Source: Mycobacterium sp. | GTDB taxonomy: Bacteria > Actinomycetota > Actinomycetes > Mycobacteriales > Mycobacteriaceae | Assembly (NCBI GenBank): GCA_040398865.1 | Contig: JBBATG010000001.1 | Location: 12,201 to 76,200, forward strand | Direction: 5' to 3' | Length of the DNA: 64,000 bases | Shown here: one piece after another, positions 11,713 to 20,960 of the stretch | Layout of the letters: each line of letters starts with the position of its first letter | Numbering within the stretch: position 1 is the stretch's first letter | Notes under the pieces: model-generated | What the model was told of the DNA's origin: nothing | What the model saw: the letters and a program-made list of their open reading frames with translations, nothing else | The model's database searches: none | Program-made: the position numbers and the translations under genes

Positions 11713-12956
11713 GCACCGCGCGCCCGGAGCCGGTGCGGATCGACGATCTGGCCCACCCTGTCTATCCGGAGGCCGCGCTGCCGATCCGGGACGGCCTGGC
11801 CGCCTACGGTGCCACCGTGGAGCTGACGCCGGACGCACTGATGGCAGCCGCAGCGGAGCGCACCGGACTGAGCGGCTGGGGCGCACCGGACTTCCGCGAC
11901 CGCCTGGAGTTGCTATGCGGCGCGCTGTGCACGGAAGCGGAACTGTCCGACACCGGAGTCGGCGTCGCGTTCGAGCAACTGGTGGGCAATCTGGTCAACC
12001 GACTGCGGCTGGAGGCACTGATCGCCGCGCATCCGGAGATCGACACCATCCCGATCGAACGGCCGATCATCATCTGCGGGCTTCCGCGCAGCGGCACCAC
12101 GCACCTGCACAACCTGATCGCCGCCGACCCGGCGATGCGCCACCTGCCGTACTGGGAGAGCCTCGAGCCGTTCCCCGCGCCCGATGAAGCGGGCGAGCAG
12201 GCCCGCCGGGAACGCTGCGCCATGGGCCTGGACATGGTCGACGCCTCGATGCCGTATTTCAAGCGGATGCACGAGATGACCGTCGACCACGCGCACGAGG
12301 AGATCCAGCTGCTGGCCAACGACATCTCCGGGATGTTGTTCGAGACCACCTACTACGTGCCCAGCTTCGCCGCCGACTACAAGGCACACGATCAGCGGCC
12401 GTCGTATGCGTACCTCAAACGCCAACTGCGGGCCCTGCAGTGGCTGAGCGGTCGGCAGCGCCGGTGGGTGCTGAAGTCACCGCAGCATCTCGAGCAGTTC
12501 GGTCCGCTTTGCGACACCTTTCCCGACGCCACATTCGTTGTGACACATCGTGATCCGGTCGAGATCATCCGATCTATGGTGACCATGGTGGCCTACAGCG
12601 CCCGGATGGCGTGCGAGCATCCCGACCCGGCGGCGATCGGCCGGTACTGGCTCGGCCGCGCCGAAGATCTGCTCAATGGATGTCTGCGCGACCGCGACGT
12701 GCTGCCCGCCGAGCAGTCCATCGACGTCCGGTTCGACGATTTCGTGGCCGACGAGGACGCCACCCTGGCCGCCATCTACGAGCTGGCCGGCCAGCCCCAC
12801 GATGAGAAGGCACGCACGGCGATGGCGGCGTTCACCGCGCAACACCCGCGCGGCCGGCACGGCGAGGTGCGCTACGACATGGCGAGTCTGGGTCTGGATA
12901 CCGAGGATGTCGCGCGGCGGTTGCGCGCCTACCGGGACCGGTTCATCACCGCTTAG
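11709..12956 (+). CDS. Sulfotransferase family 3 protein (Rv3529c/Rv1691-like), copy 1
   Basis: 5'-PSB loop GLPRSGTTHLH, WVLKSPQH, 3'-PB HRDPVEIIRS; GTGA overlap with DUF1214. Confidence 0.92.
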   Translation: MSTARPEPVRIDDLAHPVYPEAALPIRDGLAAYGATVELTPDALMAAAAERTGLSGWGAPDFRDRLELLCGALCTEAELSDTGVGVAFEQLVGNLVNRLRLEALIAAHPEIDTIPIERPIIICGLPRSGTTHLHNLIAADPAMRHLPYWESLEPFPAPDEAGEQARRERCAMGLDMVDASMPYFKRMHEMTVDHAHEEIQLLANDISGMLFETTYYVPSFAADYKAHDQRPSYAYLKRQLRALQWLSGRQRRWVLKSPQHLEQFGPLCDTFPDATFVVTHRDPVEIIRSMVTMVAYSARMACEHPDPAAIGRYWLGRAEDLLNGCLRDRDVLPAEQSIDVRFDDFVADEDATLAAIYELAGQPHDEKARTAMAAFTAQHPRGRHGEVRYDMASLGLDTEDVARRLRAYRDRFITA

Positions 12957-13978
12957 GCATCTCGACCTGCGCGGACGTCGATCAGTACCTTTCCGCATTC
13001 GCGGCTCTCGCCGAGCAAATCCAGCGCGGCATCGACCGCGTGGAGTGGGAACCGATCGGTGATGAGGCCGGACAGGTCGCGGCGGGTCAGCAGGTCGATG
13101 GCGTCGGCGAAGCGGGCCGGATACTCCATCGACCCGCGAATGGTGATTTCCTTCATCAAGACGTTGATGAAGTTCACCGCCACCGGGTTGTAGTGCAGCG
13201 CCACCACGCTGATCCGTGCGCCGCGGCGAGCGCGGTCGATGATGCCGGTGAGGACTTTGTCCGATCCGGACGCCTCGATGAACGCGTTGGTGGCCGGTGC
13301 CGTGCCATAGGTCAGCGCGACCTCGCCGTGGATTCGCGTCAGTTCCCGCCAGACGCTGCCCGCGGCCGGGTCGATCGTGGTCGCGGCGCCGAGTTGCTCG
13401 GCCAATCCGCGGCGGGTGGCGGACAGGTCGATACCGACGATATCGGTCAGCCCGCGGTCGGCCAGACTGGCAATGGCGGCCAGACCGATCGGGCCGCAGC
13501 CGAACACCGCCACCAGCTCGCCCGGACGCACATCGGCCTGCTCGGCGGCGTGCATCCCGACCGCGACGGGCTCGGCGAGGGCGGCGACATCGAGCGGCAT
13601 ATCGTCGGGAACCGGATACAGGCGTCCGCCGCGGGCGGCGTCGCGAACCAGGACAGCCTCGGCCAGCCCTCCTTCCGGGGACCCGCTCCCGATCCGGCCC
13701 AGGTCATCGTCGCCGGGATGAACCACTACCCGGTCACCCACCTTGGTCCCGGCCACCTCGGCGCCGACCTCCCGCACCACCCCGGCGAACTCGTGGCCCA
13801 GCGGCATCGGCTCGCCGTTGGGGCCGGCCAGCCCGCCCATCGAGATGTAACTCAGGTCGCTGCCGCAGATGCCGCAGGCGTGTACATCGACGATCGCGTC
13901 GCGGGGTCCGCACACCGGAGAGGGCACCGAGTCCACCGAAACCACCCCAGGTGACAGTATGCGAGCCTGTTGAATCAT
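12953..13978 (-). CDS. Zn-dependent alcohol dehydrogenase (MDR), lacking the structural-Zn lobe
   Basis: CGICGSD, GHEFAG, LAEPVAV, FGCGPIG; no 4-Cys cluster. Confidence 0.9.
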   Translation of the reverse strand: MIQQARILSPGVVSVDSVPSPVCGPRDAIVDVHACGICGSDLSYISMGGLAGPNGEPMPLGHEFAGVVREVGAEVAGTKVGDRVVVHPGDDDLGRIGSGSPEGGLAEAVLVRDAARGGRLYPVPDDMPLDVAALAEPVAVGMHAAEQADVRPGELVAVFGCGPIGLAAIASLADRGLTDIVGIDLSATRRGLAEQLGAATTIDPAAGSVWRELTRIHGEVALTYGTAPATNAFIEASGSDKVLTGIIDRARRGARISVVALHYNPVAVNFINVLMKEITIRGSMEYPARFADAIDLLTRRDLSGLITDRFPLHAVDAALDLLGESRECGKVLIDVRAGRDA

Positions 13979-14012
13979 GGGCGCAGACACTATCGGCACG
14001 GAAGGCGGCGTG

Positions 14013-15257
14013 GTGATCAATCTCGATGACCTCACCGACCCGGTGCTGACCGACGTCCAGCGGAAGATCCTCGACTACACCGAGTCGCACCAGGTCGAGT
14101 TCGACCTGGACGCGATGCGCGCCGAGGCGGTGATCGCGGCAGGAGTCGATGACCTCGACGACGACGGCGGTTTCACCACCCGATTGGCCGCGCAGATCAC
14201 CGCCATCGACGCCGATACCGGGTTGCGGCAACTCAGCCGGCGCACCCTGCGCTCCCGGCTGGTCCGGCTCATGCGTAACCGCCTGTCGCTGACCGATCTG
14301 ATCAGGCGCTACCCCGAGATCACCGATATCGAGATCCCCCGGCCGCTGATCGTGGTTGGCATGCCGCGATCGGGCACCACCCATCTGGTCAACCTGCTGG
14401 CCTGCGATCCGCGCCGCCGCGCCCTGCCGTACTGGGAGAGCCAGGAGCCGATCCCGGCCCGCGGACAGGGCCCGGCCCGCTCGGGTGTGGACCCACGGTT
14501 CGCCCGCGCGGCCGCCGAACACGAGGCGATGATGGCCAGCACCCCTCTCGTCGCGGCGATGCACGACCAGTACCCCGAAGCCATCGAGGAGGAGGTCGAA
14601 CTGCTCGACCTCGATCTCGCGTCCTATGTCCTGGAATGGCTTGCCCGGGTACCCGGATGGCGCGACGTCTACTTACGCCTCGACCAGCACCGCCACTACG
14701 CATACCTCAAGACGGTGCTGCAGGCGCTGACATTCCTGCGCGGCCCGCAGACCTGGGTGCTCAAATCCCCACAGCACGCCGAGCAACTCGGTCCGCTGAT
14801 GGCCACCTTCCCGGATGCGACGGTGGCGTTCACCCACCGGGATCCGGTGGCGGTGATCCGTTCGGCGGCCACGATGATGGCCTACTCCGACCGGATGCGG
14901 CGCACCAGCATCGAGCCGGGGTGGCTGATCCGGTACTGGAGCGACCGCATCCACCGACTGCTCAGCGCCTGTGTGCGTGACCGCGACCTGGTGGCGGCCG
15001 AGGCCAGCATCGACATCGGGTTCCATCACCTCAACGGGGGCGAGATGCCGGTCCTCGAGGAGTACTACCGCCGGGCCGGCATCGACATTCCACCGGCCGT
15101 GCAACGGCGGTTCAGCGACTACATCGACTCCAACCGGCGCGGCACCAAGGGGTCTATCCCCTATGACCTGCAGCGCCACTTCGGCGTCACCGCCGAGGAG
15201 GTGCGCGAGCCGTTCGCGTTCTACTTCGACCGCTTCGACGTTCGCCCGGAGAGTTGA
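14013..15257 (+). CDS. Sulfotransferase family 3 protein, copy 2
   Basis: GMPRSGTTHLV, WVLKSPQH, HRDPVAVIRS; RBS GGAAGG 7 nt before GTG 14013. Confidence 0.92.
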   Translation: MINLDDLTDPVLTDVQRKILDYTESHQVEFDLDAMRAEAVIAAGVDDLDDDGGFTTRLAAQITAIDADTGLRQLSRRTLRSRLVRLMRNRLSLTDLIRRYPEITDIEIPRPLIVVGMPRSGTTHLVNLLACDPRRRALPYWESQEPIPARGQGPARSGVDPRFARAAAEHEAMMASTPLVAAMHDQYPEAIEEEVELLDLDLASYVLEWLARVPGWRDVYLRLDQHRHYAYLKTVLQALTFLRGPQTWVLKSPQHAEQLGPLMATFPDATVAFTHRDPVAVIRSAATMMAYSDRMRRTSIEPGWLIRYWSDRIHRLLSACVRDRDLVAAEASIDIGFHHLNGGEMPVLEEYYRRAGIDIPPAVQRRFSDYIDSNRRGTKGSIPYDLQRHFGVTAEEVREPFAFYFDRFDVRPES

Positions 15258-15265
15258 GGATCTGA

Positions 15266-16510
15266 GTGACCGAACCGATCTGGAGAAGCCGCCCCGGCGC
15301 CGACGCCATGGCCCCGGCGTCCGCTGAGCACGCCGAGGAGGTGGCGCCGGGTATCTGGTGCTCCCCCGGCCTCACCAACTCCTACCTGCTGACCACTGCC
15401 GACGGCAGGATCGTCGTCAACACCGGCATGGGATTCGAGTCCGTGGTGCACCGGGCCAACTTCGATGCCGTCAGCACCGACCCGGTGCGCTACATCATCA
15501 TCACCCAGGGCCACTACGACCACGTCGGCGGCATCGACACGCTGCGCGACGAGAAGACCGCGGTTGTGGCGCAGGCGAACTGGCAATCCTGGCGCGACGA
15601 CAACGAACGCCTCCTGCAGTACCGGATCGCCCGCAGCGCCTTCGCCTTCAGCGGCCGGCTCTCCGAGGGCATCGCCGCCATCGCCCGACGGTTCGGCAAG
15701 AAGCTGCCCGCGCAGAGCGTCGCGACAGCCGACATCACCGTTGAGGACACCCTGACTCTCGAACTCGGCGGCCGCCGGCTGGAACTGATCGCCACCCCGG
15801 GTGGCGAGACCACCGACTCGATGGTGGTATGGCTGCCCGATGAGCGAATCTGTCTGTGCAGCAACACCTTCGGTCCGGCGTTCGGCCACATCCCCAACCT
15901 CGTCACCATGCGGGGTGACCGGTACCGGGACGCACTCAGCGTGATCGACACCATTGAGCGTGTCCGCGCATTGGCGCCGCAGATCCTGCTCACCGGGCAC
16001 TTCGAGCCGATCATCGGCGCCGAGCTCATCGACGCCGAGCTGACCCGGCTCCGTGACGCCGTGGCCTTTATCCACGACCAGACCGTCGCTGGAATGAACG
16101 CCGGCACCGACGTCCGCACGCTGATGGCGGAGATCTCGCTGCCCGAGCACCTGCAGGTCGGCGAGGGTTACGGCAAGGTCTCCTGGGACGTGCGCGCGAT
16201 CTGGGAGAACTACTCCGGCTGGTTTCACCACCGCTCCACCACCGAGCTCTACCCGGTAGGCGCCGATGCCGTCAGCGCCGACCTGGTGGAACTGGCCGGC
16301 GCCGACGCCATCACCGCGCGCGCCCGGCGGCATCTGACCGCCGGGCGGACCCTGCACGCCATTCACTTGGCCGAGACCGTCACCCATGCGCAGGACGGGC
16401 ACGCCGAGGCACGCGCCATACTCCACGAGGCACACCAGCAGCTGCTTGCCGCCAGCGTCAACTTCTGGGAACGGGCGTGGCTCACCGCACAGATCGAGAG
16501 GTACTCATGA
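15266..16510 (+). CDS. Metallo-beta-lactamase fold alkyl/aryl sulfatase-like protein (SdsA/BDS1 type) with dimerisation domain
   Basis: TQGHYDHVGG, TPGGET, NLVTMRGDRYRD, LLTGHFEP, YGKVSWDVRAIWENYSGWF. Confidence 0.8.
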   Translation: MTEPIWRSRPGADAMAPASAEHAEEVAPGIWCSPGLTNSYLLTTADGRIVVNTGMGFESVVHRANFDAVSTDPVRYIIITQGHYDHVGGIDTLRDEKTAVVAQANWQSWRDDNERLLQYRIARSAFAFSGRLSEGIAAIARRFGKKLPAQSVATADITVEDTLTLELGGRRLELIATPGGETTDSMVVWLPDERICLCSNTFGPAFGHIPNLVTMRGDRYRDALSVIDTIERVRALAPQILLTGHFEPIIGAELIDAELTRLRDAVAFIHDQTVAGMNAGTDVRTLMAEISLPEHLQVGEGYGKVSWDVRAIWENYSGWFHHRSTTELYPVGADAVSADLVELAGADAITARARRHLTAGRTLHAIHLAETVTHAQDGHAEARAILHEAHQQLLAASVNFWERAWLTAQIERYS

Positions 16511-17256
16511 CCGCGCGCGCCCAGTTCGACTTCACCGGCACCCAAGCCCTGATCACCGGCGGAACCAGCGGGATCGGCCACGCCATCGCGCTGATCTTCC
16601 GCGACGGCGGCGCCGATGTGACAATCACCGGCACCAAACCGGCCGCTGCCGACTACACCGCCGACCTGTCCGGGATGACCTACCGGCAGCTGGTACTCAC
16701 CGAGCCGGAGTCGGTCGCTGCGCTGGCGGCCGGTATCAGCACGCTCGATGTCCTGGTGAACAACGCCGGCGCCAACTTCCCCGGCGGGCTCGACGAGTCG
16801 GATCCAGACGGCTTCGACGCATCGGTGGCGCTGAACCTGACGGCCCCCTACCGGTTGACCGTCGCGCTGCGTCGAGCGCTCAAGGCCAGCACCGCAGCGG
16901 GTGGGGCGAGCGTGGTGAACCTGGCGTCTATGTCGGCGCTGCGGGCCGTCACTGTCGTCCCCGGCTACAGCGCGGCCAAGGCGGGCATCATCAACCTCAC
17001 CCGCAACCTCGCGGTCAAATGGGCCAAGGACGGTATTCGCGTCAATGCCATCGCCCCCGGCGTCATCGCAACGCCGATGACCGAACCGATGATGGGTATC
17101 CCGTCGATCCTGCAGGCTGAACTGGCGCATGTACCGCTGGGCCGGTTCGGGACCGCGCCGGAAGTGGCATCGGCGGTTGCCTTCCTGTGCACCGAGCAGG
17201 CCAGCTACATCAGCGGAACGACTGTGCTGGTGGACGGCGGCTCGGATTGCGTCTAG
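16507..17256 (+). CDS. Short-chain dehydrogenase/reductase
   Basis: TGGTSGIG, VNNAG, YSAAK; ATGA overlap with the sulfatase-like gene. Confidence 0.92.
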   Translation: MTARAQFDFTGTQALITGGTSGIGHAIALIFRDGGADVTITGTKPAAADYTADLSGMTYRQLVLTEPESVAALAAGISTLDVLVNNAGANFPGGLDESDPDGFDASVALNLTAPYRLTVALRRALKASTAAGGASVVNLASMSALRAVTVVPGYSAAKAGIINLTRNLAVKWAKDGIRVNAIAPGVIATPMTEPMMGIPSILQAELAHVPLGRFGTAPEVASAVAFLCTEQASYISGTTVLVDGGSDCV

Positions 17257-17278
17257 AGATTGGCTACCCTCGGGAGCT

Positions 17279-17743
17279 GTGAGTCACATCAGCCGCATCG
17301 CCGCAGCAGTGGTTCTCAGCGCCGCCGCGGTCTTGCCGTCGGCCGGACTCGCGGCCGCCGAACCCGCTCCCACTCCCCCCGAACCGATCCTTCCCGGCCC
17401 ACCGGTCGTCGACCAGGACGGCACCTACGTGGTGGGCACCGACATCATCGCAGGTGTCTACGCCTCCGGCGGCCCGGTGGACGGCGGCACCTGCTACTGG
17501 CGGCGCATCGGCGCCGACGACGCCACCCTCGGCAACGCCCTGACCAAGCAGCCGCAGCTGGTGGTGATCGAGGCGACAGACGTCGCGTTCAAGACCAACG
17601 GCTGCCAGCCCTGGCAGCCCACCGACGCCGCACCCCCCGCGCAGACCCCGCCGTGGCTGTCGCAGCTGCAGTTGCAGCACAACCTGAACATCCTCAACGG
17701 CCTGGCCGGTCAGTCCGGCAACGGCCAGCTGCCGGCCTACTGA
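17279..17743 (+). CDS. Secreted protein, Rv1906c-like
   Basis: Signal peptide; DGTYVVGTDI, GTCYWRR, AFKTNGCQPWQ. Confidence 0.8.
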   Translation: MSHISRIAAAVVLSAAAVLPSAGLAAAEPAPTPPEPILPGPPVVDQDGTYVVGTDIIAGVYASGGPVDGGTCYWRRIGADDATLGNALTKQPQLVVIEATDVAFKTNGCQPWQPTDAAPPAQTPPWLSQLQLQHNLNILNGLAGQSGNGQLPAY

Positions 17744-17755
17744 GCCGGCCCAACC

Positions 17756-18490
17756 GTGAGGCGTCTGCCGGTAGCGCTGACGCTGGTCCTGCTGATCGCC
17801 GGCTGCGCCGCGGTGCCACCGGATCCGCACCGGATCGCGGTCTTCGCGGCTGCATCGCTGCGAGATGCCTTCACCGATCTGGACACGGCTTTCCGCGCTG
17901 CTGATCCCGACGCCGCGGTGGAGTTCTCCTTCGCTGGATCCGCAGACCTGCTGGCCCAGCTCACCGGCGGTGCCCGCGCCGATGTGTTCGCCTCGGCCGA
18001 CACCGACACCATGGACAGGGCCCTCGAGGCGGGGCTGGTGAAGGAGCCTAGGGCGTTCGCGACCAACACCCTCACCATCGTCGTAGCACCCGGAAATCCC
18101 AAGGGGATCAACACCTTCGCTGACTTACGCCGGGTGAGCGTGGTGGCCTGCGCGCCGCAAGTGCCGTGTGGTGCGGCACTGACCCGGATCGAGGCTGCCA
18201 CAGGTGTCGACCTTGCTCCGGTCAGTGAAGAGAACTCGGTCGCCGATGTCCTCAATAAGGTCATCAGCGGGCAGGCCGACGCTGGACTGGCGTACGTGAC
18301 CGACGCACGCGCAGCCGCCGGCAGGGTCACCGCGATAGCCATCCGGGAGTCGGTCGCCGCGGTCAACACCTACCGCATCGCCCTGACCCGTGATGCGGCG
18401 AACCCGGCCGACGGCCGGCGATTCATCGAGTTGGTGACCGGCCCGACCGGCCGCGAGATCCTGCGCCGGGCCGGATTCGGCCCGGCCTGA
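17756..18490 (+). CDS. modA: Molybdate ABC transporter substrate-binding lipoprotein
   Basis: Lipobox LIAGC, FAAASL, DVFASAD, QVPCG, ADAGLAYVTD. Confidence 0.88.
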   Translation: MRRLPVALTLVLLIAGCAAVPPDPHRIAVFAAASLRDAFTDLDTAFRAADPDAAVEFSFAGSADLLAQLTGGARADVFASADTDTMDRALEAGLVKEPRAFATNTLTIVVAPGNPKGINTFADLRRVSVVACAPQVPCGAALTRIEAATGVDLAPVSEENSVADVLNKVISGQADAGLAYVTDARAAAGRVTAIAIRESVAAVNTYRIALTRDAANPADGRRFIELVTGPTGREILRRAGFGPA

Positions 18491-18516
18491 CCTACCGCGC
18501 CGGTTACCGTCTGCTG

Positions 18517-19263
18517 GTGATCGTGCTGCTCCCCCCGTCGGAGACCAAACGCGCCGGCGGTGACGGCCCCCCACTGCGGCTCGACCGGCTCGGCCATCCC
18601 CGGTGCAACCCGCTGCGCGACGAACTGGTCGACGAGCTGATCACCCTCGCCGCCGACCCGCCTGCCTGCCGGCAGGCGCTGGGCATCTCCGCGGCCAAGG
18701 ATGCCGACATCGAACACAACGCCGCGCTGCGCACAGCGCCGACGTGCCCGGCAATACACCGCTACACCGGGGTGCTCTACGACGCCCTCGACATCGAATC
18801 GCTCACCGGTGCCGCCGCCACCCGGGCCCGCGCCCGGCTCGCAGTCGGCTCGGCGCTGTTCGGGCTGCTGCGTGCCGAGGATCCGATACCCGCGTACCGG
18901 CTCTCCGCCGGATCGAAGCTGCCCGGCCGTCCCACCCTGGCCAGCCGGTGGCGGCCGGTTCTCGAACCCGTGCTTGCTGAGCTGGCTTCTCGCGAACTCG
19001 TGGTCGACCTGCGCTCCGGCGCGTATGTGGGGCTGGGCCGGCTGCCCACCGCCGTGCAGGTCGACGTGCTGACCGAGGACCCCGATGGCCGCCGGACGGT
19101 GGTCAGCCACTTCAACAAAGCACACAAGGGTCGGCTGGCCCGGGCACTGGCGCGCTGTAGCGGTGAACCCGGTGACGCGTCGGCGGTGGCAACCGTCGCC
19201 CGTCGGGCGGGCCTGCGGGTGGAACGCGACGGCAACACACTCACCGTCGTCGTCTCCGCGTGA
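18517..19263 (+). CDS. yaaA: Peroxide stress protein YaaA (DUF328)
   Basis: LLPPSETK, RYTGVLYDAL, IPAYRL, VSHFNKAHKGRLAR; leaderless (TACCGT 6 nt before GTG). Confidence 0.9.
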   Translation: MIVLLPPSETKRAGGDGPPLRLDRLGHPRCNPLRDELVDELITLAADPPACRQALGISAAKDADIEHNAALRTAPTCPAIHRYTGVLYDALDIESLTGAAATRARARLAVGSALFGLLRAEDPIPAYRLSAGSKLPGRPTLASRWRPVLEPVLAELASRELVVDLRSGAYVGLGRLPTAVQVDVLTEDPDGRRTVVSHFNKAHKGRLARALARCSGEPGDASAVATVARRAGLRVERDGNTLTVVVSA

Positions 19264-19275
19264 TGGGATAGAGCG

Positions 19276-19866
19276 GTGACGACCCGGTGGCAGGATGCGG
19301 AGGTGTCGCGCGGCGCCGAGTACGACGCCCGCTGGGAGGAGATGGCGGCCTCCGGCGACAACATCCACGGCGAAGCCGACCTTGTCGGTTTCCTGCTCGC
19401 GGGGAGCGGCGGACACCGCGTGCTCGACGCCGGTTGCGGTACCGGACGGGTCGCCATCGAACTGTCCCGGCGCGGATTTGCGGTGGCGGCCGTGGACGCC
19501 GATCCGGAGATGCTCGCCGCAGCGCGGGAGAAGGCACCGCAATTATCCTGGGCGCGTTGTGATCTGGCTGATGGAAAGGGCCTCGCCCGCGCCTCGCCCG
19601 GACCCTTCGATCTGATCCTGCTCGCCGGCAACGTGATGATCTTCCTCGCCCCGGACACCGAGCCGAAGGTGCTGGCGAATCTGGCTCGCCGGCTGGCACC
19701 CGGCGGGCTGCTGGTAGCCGGCTTCAGCCTGAACGATGATCTGAGCGTCACGCGGTACGACGCGCTGGCCGCCGGCGCCGGACTGCAGCTTGAGCATCGG
19801 TGGGCGACATGGGACCGCCAGCCGTTCGCCGATGGTGACTACGCGGTGTCGGTGCATCGCCGATGA
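19276..19866 (+). CDS. Class I SAM-dependent methyltransferase
   Basis: VLDAGCGTGR, VDAD, AGNVMIFL. Confidence 0.9.
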   Translation: MTTRWQDAEVSRGAEYDARWEEMAASGDNIHGEADLVGFLLAGSGGHRVLDAGCGTGRVAIELSRRGFAVAAVDADPEMLAAAREKAPQLSWARCDLADGKGLARASPGPFDLILLAGNVMIFLAPDTEPKVLANLARRLAPGGLLVAGFSLNDDLSVTRYDALAAGAGLQLEHRWATWDRQPFADGDYAVSVHRR

Positions 19867-20960
19867 GGCTGCGTACCAGCGCCGGGCCGGATCAGTACCA
19901 CGCCTTCACCACCCGGCTGACGGTCGGCGGCTATCAGGCTCTCACCATGCGGGTGGTGGCCGGCTGCATCCTGGCGCTGGCGCTGCCGTCCATCCTCGCC
20001 GGACTGGCGCCCAGCGTGACGCCGTGGCCGGGTTTCCGGATCGTCTACACGGTGATCGCGGTGGCCTGCCTGGGGCTCGCGGTTCCGTGGCTGCGGTACC
20101 GATGGCCCACGCGCCGGGAGTCCGTGACGATTGTGATCGTGGGCACCCTCGCCCTCGCGGTGGGATGCCTGGCGACCGTCGACCCGCTGGCCGGCATGGT
20201 GACCGCTTCGGCCTTCTCCTTCGTCCTCGGCTTCGCCGCGCTGTTTCACAGCGCCAAGCTGCTGGCATTCACCATCGCCGTCGCCGCGGTCACGGTCGTG
20301 GTGACGACGGTGCGCATCGCCGTCGACGAAGTGAACACGGCCATCGCCGTGGCGACTCCGGTGATCCTGCTTTACGTCGTGGTCACGTTCGCCTGCCGGA
20401 CCGTCGCCCGGGTGAGTACCGCCGGGGAGGTCCAGTACGACATCGACTCGCTGACCGGCCTGCTGATGCGCGAGGCGTTCTACGAAAGAACGTCCACCCT
20501 GATCGGCGCCCGCCATCGCGATGAAGATCGCTACCTCGTCATCGCGGTCGTCGACATCGACGGGTTCGCGGCGATCAGCAGCGTGCAGGGCGGCCGCGGC
20601 ACCAACGATGCGCAGGTGGCGGTGAGCCAGGCGCTGCGCGAGACCGCCCGCCGGGAAGCGGTGCTCGCCCACGTGGGCTCCGGCGAGTTCCTGATCGCCG
20701 ATGTGTTCACGATCGCCGACCCCGCCCCGCTCATCGAGCGGGTGCGCGGCGCCATCGCGGCGACCCCGGCGGGAATCACCGCCAGTATCGGAGTGGTCAG
20801 CACCCAGTTGCAGCCGCTGGTCACTCGCCCACCACATGACGTGCTCGATGAGCTGATCGCGCTGGGCTCCGCGGCGATGGCCGATGCCCGCCGCCGAGGC
20901 GGGAACCAGTCGCGCTACCTGCTGGACCCGAAGCTGGAATCAGGCGAATCAGCCGAGTGA
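19863..20960 (+). CDS. Membrane protein with degenerate GGDEF domain
   Basis: Several TM helices, then DSLTGLL, DIDGF, signature GSGEF, TASIG. Confidence 0.85.
   Translation: MRLRTSAGPDQYHAFTTRLTVGGYQALTMRVVAGCILALALPSILAGLAPSVTPWPGFRIVYTVIAVACLGLAVPWLRYRWPTRRESVTIVIVGTLALAVGCLATVDPLAGMVTASAFSFVLGFAALFHSAKLLAFTIAVAAVTVVVTTVRIAVDEVNTAIAVATPVILLYVVVTFACRTVARVSTAGEVQYDIDSLTGLLMREAFYERTSTLIGARHRDEDRYLVIAVVDIDGFAAISSVQGGRGTNDAQVAVSQALRETARREAVLAHVGSGEFLIADVFTIADPAPLIERVRGAIAATPAGITASIGVVSTQLQPLVTRPPHDVLDELIALGSAAMADARRRGGNQSRYLLDPKLESGESAE

Noticed and set aside
13976-13979. Overlapping divergent ATGs (CATG) of the ADH and sulfotransferase 2
   Set aside because: A better RBS-supported GTG at 14013 removes the overlap.
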